In this document: positions 13,604 through 26,797 of the stretch, piece by piece
Layout: each line of letters begins with the position of its first letter
Position numbering within the stretch: the first letter of the stretch is position 1
Origin: the human T2T-CHM13v2.0 reference genome, Homo sapiens
DNA: 64,000 bases
Assembly: GCF_009914755.1 (NCBI RefSeq)
Contig: NC_060929.1
Reading direction: 5' to 3' (one strand)
The notes under the pieces: model-generated
Told to the model about the DNA's origin: nothing
Database searches by the model: none
What the model saw: the letters and a program-made list of their open reading frames with translations, nothing else
Program-made: the position numbers and the translations under genes

Positions 13604-13894
13604 TATTCTTGTTTCCTAGAATTCCTTCAGATCCACATACCATAATAAGAAAATATATTCTTATCACATACAATCTCTACTTTTAGATAGTGGTTATTGC
13701 TGATGTGAGTGGGTTTATGTTCCTTAAAGCGCTAACCAACACATGCCTTAGTGAAAAAGTAATAGACTACCAAATATCTACACATTTAATGTAAAAGTAA
13801 GTTCTAAATTCAAGTTTCTATAAAGGTACTACAAACCTGTTTTAAAAAAAATTTTTTTTTAAAAAAAGAAAACTTGCCACTCTTGAAGGACAAT

Positions 13895-16090
13895 ACAAAG
13901 ATATTTCCTTTCACTACTCTTTCTTAACATAGTACTTGAATTCCTAACTAATGCAATAAGACTAGAAATGGAAATTAAAGGCATATATTTTGGAAAGAAA
14001 GAAATAATACTAACTTTTTTTGCAGATAACATGAATATCTACATAGAAAATCATAAATAATCTACAAAAATACTCCTGGAACTAATAAGTGGCAATAGTA
14101 AGGTTGCAGAATACAAGATTAATATAAAAGTCAATCACTTCCTATATATCAGCAATGAATGAACAAGTGTAATTTGAAATTAAAAATGTAAACCTTTATA
14201 TTAACAAGACCATAAAATGAAATACTGGTATAAATCTAATAAAATATGTAAAATATTTCTATAAAGAAAACAACAAAAGTCTAATGAAAGAAATTAAAGA
14301 GGAATTACATAAATTGAGAGACATTCCATGTTAATGGATAAGAAGACTCAATATTGTCTAGATGTCAGTTCTTCCCAATCTGATCTATATTTTCAATGTG
14401 ATCCCAACTGAAATTTTAGCAAGTTATTTTCTAAATACCAACCAACCATTCCGATGTATATATGAAGATGAAGACAGCCAGCACAATATTCAAGGAGAAG
14501 AACAAAGTCAGACGACTGATACTCTCTGACATCCAGACTTACTATAAAGCTACATAATCAATACAGTGTGATTTTGGTGAAACATAGATAAAAAGACCAG
14601 TGGAACAGAATAGAGAGCCCAGAAATACACCCACATAAATATAGTCAAGTGATTTCGACAAAGAAGCAAATGCAATACAGTGGAGTGAAGATAGTGTTTT
14701 CAGCTAATGATGCTGGAACAACTGGGCGTCATATGCAAAAATGAATCTAAGCACAGGCCTTCCACTTCTTACAAAAATTAGCTCAGAATAAATCGTGGTT
14801 CTAAATGTAACACACAAAGCTATAAATCTCCTAAAAAATAACACAGGAAAAAGTGTAGATGACCTTGGATTTGGCAATCACTTTTTAATTAAAACACCAA
14901 AAGCACAATCCATCAAATAAATAATTGATAAACTGTACTGTATTAAAATTAAAAACTTAAGCTCTGCAAAGGCACTGTCTATATTTGAGTGAGAAGACAA
15001 GCCACATAATAAAAGAAAATATTTGCAAAACATATCTGATAAAGGGCTGTTATTTAAAATATAAACAGAACTCTCAAAGCTCAACAACAAGAAAAAAAAA
15101 ACTCAATTTAAAAATGAACCAAAGATCAAACAGACATCTCACAAAAGGATATACACAGATGACAAATAAGCCTATTGAAAACGTTCCACATCACATGTCA
15201 TTAGGGAATTGCAAATTAAAACAACGAGATGCCAGTTTACACCTGTTAGGAGGATAAAAATCCCAAACACTGAGAACATCAAATGTTGGCAAGAATGTGG
15301 AGCAATAGGGACTCTCATTCATTGCTGGTGGGAATGCAAAATTGGTATAGCCACTTTTGAAAACAGTTTGGCAGTTTCTTACAAAACTCTTGCAATATGA
15401 TATAGCAGTTGTGCTCCTCAGTATTTACACAAAGGAGCTGAAAACTTATGCCCATAGAAAACTCTGCACACAGATGTGTATAGCAGCTTTATTCATAATT
15501 GCCAAAACTTGGAAGTGGCAAAGATGTCCATCCATAAGCAAGTTGATAAACTGGTACATCCAGACAACAGAATGTTATTTGGTGCTAAAGAAAAAATGAG
15601 TTATCAAGCCCTGAAAAGGCATGTAGGAAGCTTGAATGCATATTACTAAGCTAAAGAAGCCAATTTGAAAAGACTCCATACTATATGATTCCAATCATAT
15701 GGCATTTTGGAAAAGGCAAAACAGTAAAAGAACTAGTTGTCTGAGGTCGGGGGAAGGGAGGGATAAACAAGTAGAACAAAGAAGATTTTTAGGGCAGTAA
15801 AGCTACTTCCCTACTGATATTACAGTGTGGATACATGTTACTATACATTTTTCCCAAACCCATAAAATGTACATCACCAAGATTGAACCCTAATGTAAAT
15901 TAAGCACTTTTAGTAATAATAGTGTGTCAATTATCCATTGATTGTGACAAATGTACCACTGTGGTGGAAGATGTTGGCAATGAGGAAACCATGCATATAG
16001 GGAGCCAAGGGGTATATGAGAACGCTTTGTATTTTCAAATTTTGCTATGGATCTAAACAGTTCTACAAAATAAAGCTTATTTAAAAAAAT
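13895..16090 (+). mobile_element. L1MC/L1MB-type LINE-1 (3' half of ORF2 and 3'UTR)
   Basis: ORF2-like peptides (HCWWECKI, MCIAALFIIAKTWK); 3'UTR aaccctaatgtaaa...acaaatgtaccact; ends aaaataaagcttatttaaaaaa. Confidence 0.88.
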
Positions 16091-17809
16091 CTGAAACTCA
16101 AGAAGCATAGTACATGTAAATTAAATTTTCAACTGGAAAAAATATTTTAAATTATGTTTGAATGTGATGCTATAAGCTTTTATTAGTCTTAATTACAAAA
16201 CATAACCATTGAGCATATATTTTGCAATTAATATAAAGCTTATTAAACAATGTCATCTGTATGAGGCCTCCACAGGAAATTTGTTTCCAAATATAGTGTC
16301 AAAAATATCCTTAGAAATAGTGATATGTTTATTACTTCTGATAAGATGATTTTCAAACTGGCTGCTAAATCATAGTCCAAGGTAATAATCACAATAGTGA
16401 CATTACCATTTCAGAGTCTGAGCATTTTATTCCCTCATTTCATGTCCTTAGTTTATCAATTAATGAGAGAAAGAAAAGTGTTGAAAATTTGGCAGTTTTA
16501 CTAACATGGTATCTACTCTTTTTGCATTAGATCATATCGAAACCTAATTAGAAGGTATATCTTTATGTTAATATAATAAATAACATTATTATTTGCTATG
16601 ACATTTGGAGTACTAGAACAGAGTTCACTTTTACCTTCTTTACTTTTGAAACTATTAATATATTGTGGCTATATCTAGTTTAAAAGTTATTAATTTCCAG
16701 TGTTCTCAAGTTATCTATAGTCATACAAAAAATTGCTATCCTAGGGTTACAAGAAATTTCTGTGGATGTAGAAAAAAATGTTCTGGCCTCCATTCTTGCA
16801 TTGTTTTTTATTTGAACATTCTCAGACATTAAATGACTCCATAAAATTGAAGGTCATCATTTTATTTTATGTCTCCTTATCTGAAAGACCATTACAAGCA
16901 TATCAGCTTAAGACAGAAACATCTAAAGCCATGTGGCATTAGTTTTTTGGTTTCTGTATAATATCTAGTGGACAGATAACAATATATCATATTCACTGCC
17001 ATCACCAATATTATGAGTCAGGTAGGAATGATGAACCAGGTGAATCTGCAAAGTGAAACCCAGGGTGAAGGTTGTAACCATCAATTTTGTGTTATGATGT
17101 TCTATTTTTTCTTATATTTATTTTTCGATAGAGTTTGGTTCCAAAGAATTAGCCTGTGGCCATCAAGGCAGCTTAGAGTCTGTTCTCAAAGCTGGGAAAA
17201 CATATGCCAATGAAACAAAAAAAAATTTCTTTTAATGGAGAATCAGAATGTTAATTTAAATTCTATAAGGAGGGCTATAAACAAATCGTTACAAGAGACA
17301 TAGGTTTAGGGGATATTGCACAAAGGCAGTGTTAAGATAAACTTTAAAACAGCTCTTCACTAAGAATATTATGAGAGTCCCTTATAAAATCTTTGTTAGG
17401 AGCCACAAACTACATTTGAGGAGTCTACCTCAAGATACTACTTGGAACTATTGACAAAGAGCTTTACAGGTTAGTTTCCAAGCAGCTGATGGAAGAAAAT
17501 TGCTGTTATTTATGCTCCTTTTCAAAACAAGCACAGCTGGGCTATTTAATTTCTTTAAGTTGAAGGAATTTGATAATTTATGTAACAATTTTTCACTAAT
17601 TCTCTAGACCCAATGACAATGTTGTATCTTCATCAGCGCTATTTTTTCTCCATTCAAACAAAATATTTTGTGACAGTATAAATAAGTGTAATCGTTGTTA
17701 AAAGGGCTTTACTTGTCTGCTTAAAGATTTTAGCCCCCACACTGTGTGCACTGTATATTAAGTTCCCACACACTCTAGGCATCATTGCAAATTATTAATA
17801 AGATGTGTC

Positions 17810-18317
17810 CACATGCACACGTATGTTTATTGCGGCACTATTCACAATAGCAAAGACTTGGAACCAACCCAAATGTCCAACAATGATAGACTGGATTAAG
17901 AAAATGTGGCACATATACACCATGGAATACTATGCAGCCATAAAAAATGATGAGTTCATGTCCTTTGTAGGGACACGGATGAAACTGGAAACCATCATTC
18001 TCAGCAAACTATCACAAGGACAAAAAACCAAACACCGCATGTTCTCACTCACAGGTGGGAATTGAACAATGAGAACACATGGACACAGGAAGGGGAACAT
18101 CGCACTCCAGGGACTGTTGTGGGGTGGGGGGAGCTGGGAGGGATAGCATTAGGAGATATACCTAATGTTAAATGACGAGTTAATGGGTGCAGCACACCAA
18201 CATGGCACATGTATACATATGTAACAAACCCGCACATTGTGTACATGTAACCTAAAACTTAAAGTATAATAATAATAAAATAAAATAAAATAAAATGTGT
18301 TCAGATGAAAAAAAAAA
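17810..18317 (+). mobile_element. Young (L1PA3-5-like) 5'-truncated LINE-1 of ~0.5 kb with a composite tail
   Basis: [31 protein letters not shown]2 end; 3'UTR gttaaatgacgagttaatggg; TSD aaga(t/c)gtgtcca at 17800-17811 and 18316-18327. Confidence 0.96.
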
Positions 18318-18925
18318 GACGTGTCCAAAATAGTTCAGTGTATGCCACTCCACCCGGGCTAAATAAGAGAGGCCAGTGGTTCATTAGTACAGAAGATGAT
18401 GCTTTGAAAAAAAATTGTAGCAGTGGAGAATACTGTAGTCAAGTAAGATGGGCATCGAGAGAATGCTCTGGTGTGATTGGGCAGGGTTTCTTTCTGGAAG
18501 GAGAGATAGGTGTTTTCCTCCAACTGGCAAGCTTGCTGAGCTGTAGAAATGGGAGACTCTGCTATGACACCAGAGTAATCCACAATGAGAAAGAAGTTGA
18601 AAAGGTTGTTATGGTTATCTAAAATTTTGAAGAACATAGAGACTGGGACTGAATTCTCTCTTGAACTGTGAAGATAAGTGGCTGGCTGGAGCTTCCCATA
18701 GCACAGGATAAGGAAAGCAAAGAAACAGGAGTGGCCTGCACTTCCAGGTTTGGATGGAGAAGTGATGCGTGAATTCCCGTGAACCACATGTTCTGTGGCA
18801 TGTTGAATCATCTTGTAGACTTTGCCCAGGATATCTGCCTTTCAGATAGAGGTACTCCAGTAGATAGAATGGAGGTATGGTGCCAGAAGGCAGGAGCTTA
18901 GGAGTACATGTAAGAGGTTATTCAG

Positions 18926-19225
<300 letters not shown>

Positions 19226-21204
19226 TTAGAGATATTAACCACAGAGAGAACGGTGCAACACAGAAGTCTCTAGAGGAAGAGTTTTCAAAGAACCTACAAA
19301 AAAAACTTCATGCAAAAGACAGTACTTCATGCAAAAGACAGTCAACATTTAGCCATCTATCATATAGGACCCAGTGATAGCCAGGTTAAATTAACCCCAG
19401 GCAAGAAATACTTTACAAGTTCTCTCTAATCTGCTCTCCCCTTGTTCTCTGACAATGGATGAGCCAAAAAGAGCAGAATGAGCTAGTGGAGAGGAAGAAT
19501 AACAAGGGCTAGAGGACACACCATGCTTTTCACCCCATTATTAGTCTAACTATCCTAGGAGTTGGGCAGAAGGAGATCTGAATTAGCTGAGAGATTAAAA
19601 TTTTGATTTAGATTGGACAGAATATTTTAACAATGAAACTGTTTTAATTGTTGAAAGACAAAAACATTTGAACAGCTGAAAGGATGAGACTGTTGTAACA
19701 GCTGAAAAATCACTGGAAGTACATGAGATATTCTTGCAATATTGGCAAGAGAAATGGGAGATCTGGGAAAGTGAATTGTGAAAGCAACATTGAAAAAAAT
19801 GAAAAGCAATTTCCATATCGTTTTATGCTGAGACCAGGTCATTCTATAAACCAGACACATAAATAAAGAAAATAAAAGTACAGCTAGTCTTATTGAAGTA
19901 AAAGCGGTATTCCCAGTCTCAGCTGTTCATCCCTTTCTGTCTCACAAAGGTCTCTGATCATCATCCCCTGAGCTGTAAGAAATATAAATTTAAAACCACC
20001 TATGTCAATATTCTTCAGTACTCATGCACAGACTAGCACCAGTCCCTTACAAAGTTTTAACTGGTTCAAGAGGAAAAGAGAAAAAAAATAAGAAAGATAG
20101 AGTACATTTTTTTAATATTAAATTTAAATCTCTATAATGTATTCTAACTTTTAAATGCCAATTATTTTAGAAAATGATGAAATAAGAGAGTAGAAAGAAG
20201 ATTTTGTTGTTTTTTGTACAGAATGCTTCTTGGAAAAAATTAAAATTTGGCATCCCTATGTCTAATACTATACATTTTATATTGATTTATAAAAGTCCAC
20301 TTCTTAAGCCTAAAATCCTCTAATTAACATTTTTCTACTCTCATTTTACTGATTTAATGTAGAGAAAATATTTTTAAATTTGGTATTACAAAACAGAAAA
20401 GCAAGCATTGAGCAATGCTATAAATTTCAATAGTAATAGAAACAGATTATTTTATATTTCCAATAGATAATCCTGAGGTTTCATCTCACTGTGCAGCAAA
20501 CTTATGTTCACTGTATTTATCTCCTTTTCCGTAAAATTCCCTTATCTTTACCCAACCCCTCAATTGAACTATCTTCTAGTACCACATTATAAAATTATCT
20601 GTAGCACATTTACACTCCACATTTATATCTAAGGTAATCAATGAATGGAATGAGTACTGAAATATCATATTTAGAGTAATCTGTTCTCATTCAAGGAAAC
20701 ACATTTCACTTCAAGGAAAAACTCTGACTGAAAATACCTTTGTCACTTTCCTATTACATATTGCATTTTATCCACAATTCCCATATACAATGACATTATT
20801 TTTCTATAAATGCACATAGCTATTCAAGCCACATTGCTGATTATCACCAAACAGAATTATTCAGTGTTGAATGAGTCAATTTCAAGAATGAACACCAAGA
20901 GCTATTCCTCTAATTTTTGTTTCCAACAGTACTTTACTTCATAACCCAGTGACTTGTGCTAATATAACTTGTGGATGGAGCTGCAGAAAGGGATGTGGAA
21001 ATCTAAAAAGAATTTACAATTTATTGGAAATCTGTAAATTCATACCTTTTCATCTAATCCTCTTGTCCCTTTTGTCCCATGAGTACCTTAGGCACTGTGC
21101 CTTGTTTCTTAATATTTTCCTAACGGAGATGCTTTTATTCCCCACCCTTCCGCTACAATGTCCACCTTGAATGGCCAACTCAAAACTTCTTTTAATAAGC
21201 TGTC

Positions 21205-23458
21205 TATGTCATTCATCCATTTATGGATACTTAGGTTGTTTCCATATCTTGGTTATTATGAATAATGCTGCAATAAGTGTGGGAGTGCACATATCTCTTT
21301 GACACACTGATTTCTTTCTTTTGAATATATACTCAATGATGGGTCTGCTAAATCATATGTTAGTTGTATTTTTAGTTTTTTTATGAACTTCCATGTTGTT
21401 TTCCATAATGACTACACCAATTTATAGTCCTACCGAAAATGTGCAAGTGTTCCATTTCTTCCACGTTCCTTGCCAACCCTTCTTATCTTTCTTCTTTTTG
21501 ATAATGACCATTCTAACAGATGTAAGATGATAACTCATTGTCGTTTTAATTTGAATTTCCATGATAATTACCGATGTACATTTTTATATATCTGTTGGCC
21601 ATTTTTATGTCCTCTTTGGAGGAATGTCTATTCAGATTACTTTCCCATTTTTAATTGGCTTATTTATTTCCTTGGTAGGTTGTATGAGTTCCTTATGTAT
21701 TTTGAATATTTGCTCCTTATCAGATATATAGTTTGCAAGTATTTTCTACGATTCTACAGGTTGTCTCTTCCCTCTGTTGTTTTCTTGGATGTGAAGAACC
21801 TTTCTGGTTTCATTTAATTCCATTTGTATATTTTTACTTTTGCTGTCTGTGTTTCTGGGATAGTATCCAAAAAAAAATCATTACCCAGACCAATGTCACA
21901 GCAATTTCCCTCTCTATTGTCTTCTATTAGCTTTACAGCTTCAGATCCCACATTTAAGTCTTTAATCCATTTTGAATTGATTTTTAAATGGTATAAGATG
22001 AATGCCTAATACATTCTTCTGCATGTAGACATCCAGTTTTCTCAAAACCATTTGTTAAAAAGACTGTCCTTTGCCCATGGTGTATTCTCAGCATCTTTAT
22101 AAAAAATCAGTTAAGTGTAAATGGGTGAATTTATTTCTGGGCTCTCTGTTCTCTTCCATTTGTCTATTCGTCTGGTTTTGTGCCAATGCCATACTACTTC
22201 AGTTACTAAAGCTTTGTAGTATATTTTGAAATCAGATAATGTGCTGGTTTTACCTTTGCTAATTGTTTCTGAAGATTGCTTTGACTATTCAGGGACTTTA
22301 GTGATTCCATATAAATTTTAAGGTTCTTTTTTATATTTCTATGTAAACAATGCCCTTGGATTTTGGATACAGATTGCATGAATTTGTAGTTTGCTTTGGG
22401 TAGTATGAATATATTGATAATTTTTTTTCAATCCATGAATATGGGTCATCTTTCAATTTTTTAATCTCTTTCAATTTTTTATCAATGTTTCACATTTTTC
22501 AATATACAAGGTTCAGTTTATTTATAAGTATCCTATTCTTTTTAATGCCATTGTAAATAGAATTGTTTTGTTGACTTCCTTTTGGGTAGTGCATTGTAAA
22601 TGTAAATAAATGTTACTGATTTTTGTATGCTCACTTTGTATTCTGCAACTTAACTGAATTCATTAATTAGTTCTACTAAGTTTTTTATAGACTCTTTGCG
22701 GTTTAATATTTAGGATCATGTCATCTGCGAACAGAAACAAGTTTACTTCTTCATTTCTGATTTGTATAATTTTAATGTATTTTTCTTGCTTAATTACTCT
22801 GGCTATAACTTCCAGTACTGTGTTGATTAGAAGTGCTGAAAATAAGCATGCTTGCCTTGGTTTGACTCTTAGAGAAAAAGCTGTCAGTTTTTTACCATTG
22901 AACGTGATGTTTTCTGTGAGATTTTCACATATGGCCTTTATTAAGTTCAGGTAAGCTCCTTCAATACCAAATTTGTTGAGAGTTTTTATCACAAAAGAGT
23001 GTTGAATTTTGCCAAAAATTTTTTTTGCATCTATTGAAATGATCATGTGATTTTTATCCTCCATCCTGTTAATGTGGTATATTAGATTGATTGATTTGTG
23101 TATGTTGAATCATCCTTACATTCCAGGGATAAATCCCACTTAGTCATGGTATATGATACTTTTAATGTGCTATTATATTCGGTTTGCTGGTATTCTGTTG
23201 AGAGCTTTTGCATCTATGTTTTCTAGAGATATTGGCCTGTAGTCTTTTTTTTTTTAATTGTAGTGTCTTTGTCCTTGCTTTGGTATTAGAGTGATGCTGA
23301 CCTCATTAAGTGAGTTTTGACCTCTTCCATTTTTTGGAATTTTTTTAAGTATTGATATTAATTCTTTATTAAATGTTTAGTATAATGAAGCCATCTTGTC
23401 TTGGACTTTTCTTTCTTAGAGGATTTTGGATTACTGATACTGCCTCCCGTGTTGTTAA
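21205..23458 (-). mobile_element. Inverted 5' part of an L1MA-type LINE-1 (ORF2)
   Basis: Minus-strand ORF 22663-23064 ([12 protein letters not shown]...[10 protein letters not shown]) is L1 RT; antisense ORF2 is continuous across the interval. Confidence 0.9.
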
Positions 23459-23558
23459 ATGTTCCTTGACAGATGAATGGACAAAGAAAATGTGGAGATA
23501 TATACATATATAGACAAATAGGTAGATATATACACAATGTATATACAGTATATATACA

Positions 23559-23617
<59 letters not shown>

Positions 23618-24150
23618 CAAAAAATGAAACATTATTCAGCCTTAAAGAAAGAAAATCCTGTCATTTGGAGCAAAATAAAGAAACTTAGAAGGCATTATGC
23701 TAAATGAAATAAGCCAGACCCGAAGAACAAATACTACATGACTTCTCTTACATCAGGAAATTAAAATAGTCAACTCAGAAGCAGAGAATAGAGTGATGCT
23801 TACCATGGTCAGGGACAACAGGGAATTAGGTAAGTATTGGTCAGAGGGTACACAGTCTTAGTTATGTGAGATGAATAAGTCCTACAGACCTTACTGTGTA
23901 GCATAATACATATAGATAACAATACTGCATTGTATACTTAAAGATGTATTAAGCACATACATCTTATATTAAATGTTATCACAAAAAAGGGAGAAAGGAA
24001 AATTTTAGAGATAATGGTTATGTTTATGGCATTGTTTATGGTGATGTTTTCACTGGTGTATACTCATCTTCAAACTCAAGATGAATTAAGAAAATACGTA
24101 CAGCTGTTTTGTATGTCAATCATGCCTCAGTAACATTTTTTTAAATAAAA
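23459..24150 (+). mobile_element. Forward 3' end of the L1MA-type LINE-1, with an internal TA/GT microsatellite
   Basis: gatgaatggacaaagaaaatgtgg, ggcattatgctaaatgaaataagccag, ggtcagagggtaca...agttat. Confidence 0.85.
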
Positions 24151-24225
24151 ATATTTTTAAATTGTCTTTATTCCAGTGTTCACTGAGTTACTTATTTTTA
24201 ATTCCTCAGTACTTAATAGTCCATG

Positions 24226-24371
24226 TCATATATATCTATACATATATATACATATATACATATACATATGTATATGTATATATGTATATATGTATACATA
24301 TGTGTGTGTATATATATATACATATACATATATATGTATACATATGTGTGTATATATATATACACACACAC
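24226..24371. repeat. TA/CA/TG low-complexity microsatellite
   Basis: Read directly. Confidence 0.92.
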
Positions 24372-24534
24372 TTAATCATATACTTTTACATTGCGTTTGT
24401 GGATTATCTCCACAAAAGTGAGGGAAAGTTTTCTTTCAGTTTGATTTGGTTTTGGTTTTGAACAAAAGATGAGACTTGTTTTAGCTTCAGTCAGTCTGCC
24501 AGGACTTAGACTTTCCCTATACCAATGCTATGTC

Positions 24535-24672
24535 TATAGCTTTGGATGAGTGATTTGACCTTTCTGAATCTTATCTATAAAATGGTAATGAAAACAATTC
24601 CTACTTCTTAGGTTTGTTAAGAGGTTTATATGAGCAAAGTCACTAAAATATAGCAGAATGCCTGCCATATTA
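24535..24672 (+). mobile_element. MIR SINE remnant
   Basis: MIR core-like tttgacctttctgaatc..atctataaaatgg..tacttcttagg. Confidence 0.55.
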
Positions 24673-25004
24673 CAATCTTCCCCAAAATGCTCCTCCTTTG
24701 TTATCTTCCTCTCCTTGTATTCAATTGTTATTATCTGCCCCAAGAGGCCTAACACAATATTAATGACTTAAGAGTTATTTAATAATTACTCAATTCTACA
24801 TTTAAAAATGGTCTAAAAATGTTTTATAAATCATTCAATCTTTGCTCCTCCCATTAGCACCACTACCATTATCCCATCTCCACTTTGGACTGATTTTGAG
24901 CCCAGCTTTTATTAAATTCATTCTGGTACTATGAGTTTACATTTCTCATCACTCTCATTGAAAATCTCAATCTTCTTTCCTTTCCCTCTTCAAAAACACA
25001 AAAG

Positions 25005-25687
25005 TTGTTAGAAATGTGTGCCAGTTTTAATGTATTGTCTCTCAGCTCCAAATTGACCCTTTTTACTTCCTTACTGAAAATAAGTATCAGTCCTCTAAAC
25101 ATTTTTCCTTTACCAGCAGGCACTGAAGCTTTAACAGATAGGGCACTGGTGAGTTATTTCAGCAGGAAAAGGTTCTGCTACCTGGTTCCTGTGTGCTCTC
25201 TTGGCAGACACCTGCAGCACACACCTGTGCCCAGGTCTTGTAGCACAGAGGCCACAGCACTCAGTGGCCAGTAGCTTTCCTTAGCACTCACCATGGGAAC
25301 ATTTTAGTAGAGTGCATCAAGGAGATAATTCCTTATGAACAGCATTTCCACGCACTTTCAGTGCAGGTTTCCAGTAAGTTCTGCTGGCGTGGAACCACAA
25401 TGGATTATCTGTTATCCAGTGATCCATGGCTGTGCCATCTCTATCAGGGTCTGGACTCATCCTTGGGGAAAGGAGGAGTGTGGGGGCTCTCTTGGGTGCT
25501 CTGTCTTAGCCCTAAGTTTAGTGACCATCCTTGTATGTGCTCTTCTTACATTCTCTACCTTCTTTAATTCTTACTACCAAATCTCTCATTACTTCACTCC
25601 ATTATTATACATAGTTTATTTATATAACTTTCCCTCTTCAAATTATTGTGTCTTTTTTTCTCTTCTGTTGGACCCAAGCTGATCCAG
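25005..25687 (+). mobile_element. ERVL-type solo LTR (LTR33-like)
   Basis: tctcagctccaaattgaccc near the start and ggacccaagctgatcca at the end resemble LTR33-family termini. Confidence 0.45.
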
Positions 25688-25901
25688 AGTTCATCATAGT
25701 TTCATAGTTTTACTTAGCAACATATTCCAGACCTTTATCACATTTTTAATGATATAATATATTTAATGACAGGTATTAGATACCATGTGGACTCTATTTA
25801 TATAATCAATTTTTATAAATGCCAAATAAGGAAGAAATAGCAATTCTTCTAAATAAAAATGGTAATCAGCATAGAAGTATTTTAATTCTCAAGTATGTAG
25901 C

Positions 25902-26462
25902 TGTAGGGAAAGGAAAATAATTTTTTTCGAACCTTCAAATGTTCTTAGTTGGAATGGACCCCTGTAACAAAAAACAGATTAACAAGAGAAAAACAAACAG
26001 AAGTTTATTAACATGTATATTGCACATACACACAGGAAACATCCACAGAATGAGTAGTTATCAAAGAAGTGGCTTTGAATTCCAGTTTATATAGCTACTT
26101 CAACAAAGAAGAGTCAATTTTTTAAAAAGTGACAAGACAAAAGAAAAGGACTTTGAGTCTACAGGGGCAGCAACTTGTGGAAGGCAAATAACTAGTAGAG
26201 AAAGGCTAGTTAGTAAAGCTTGCCATATTGGTTTCCCTTGTGCCATATTAAAGGCAATAATGGTCTAAAGTTGTCTTCAGTGGTTAACCTTTGTTCTCCC
26301 TGGTGTAAGCAGAAGCAGGCTACCTTGGTCTTTGTACAGTTATGTCCTGCTTTTAAGACAAAGAAAGGAAGGGCAGAGAGCTTTCCTGCATCTGCTGTTT
26401 CTTAATTGCCCTCAGTGCAACAATTCTTTGTAGTTGGGGGTGATATATTCTGGTCTCCCACA
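25902..26462 (-). mobile_element. ERV1 solo LTR (MER34-like)
   Basis: TG...CA termini, 4-bp TSD tagc (25898-25901 and 26463-26466); minus-strand start tgtgggagaccagaatatatcacccc. Confidence 0.7.
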
Positions 26463-26709
26463 TAGCTCATTCAGTCAAAAGATAAAATAGCCACCTATAT
26501 CTTGTATTTTCTACCGGAAGAAGCCATTTATTTTTTCAACATATAATCAATTGTAATTTTTTAAAAAATTAGCAGCATATTTTAATTAGAAGGAGTTGAA
26601 AGCTTAACAGCTCCAAGTGATAAGATATAGTACTGCATTTTAACCAACATGAGCATTAGAATTAGATCCAAGGGCAAATGAATCCAAAAATGGGTGAGTT
26701 TCCTGAGTA

Positions 26710-26797
26710 CAAAAAGAAAAGAATGAAGAGGAAGAGCGAGAAAAGGAGAAGGTAGAAGAGAAAAAGCAGAAGGAGGAAGAGGAGAAAAATAAAGAGA
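26710..26797. repeat. GA-rich polypurine tract
   Basis: Almost entirely A and G. Confidence 0.8.

Noticed and set aside
18305-18811. 105-aa and 150-aa ORFs next to the L1
   Set aside because: No recognisable domain; probably chance ORFs in a decayed repeat.
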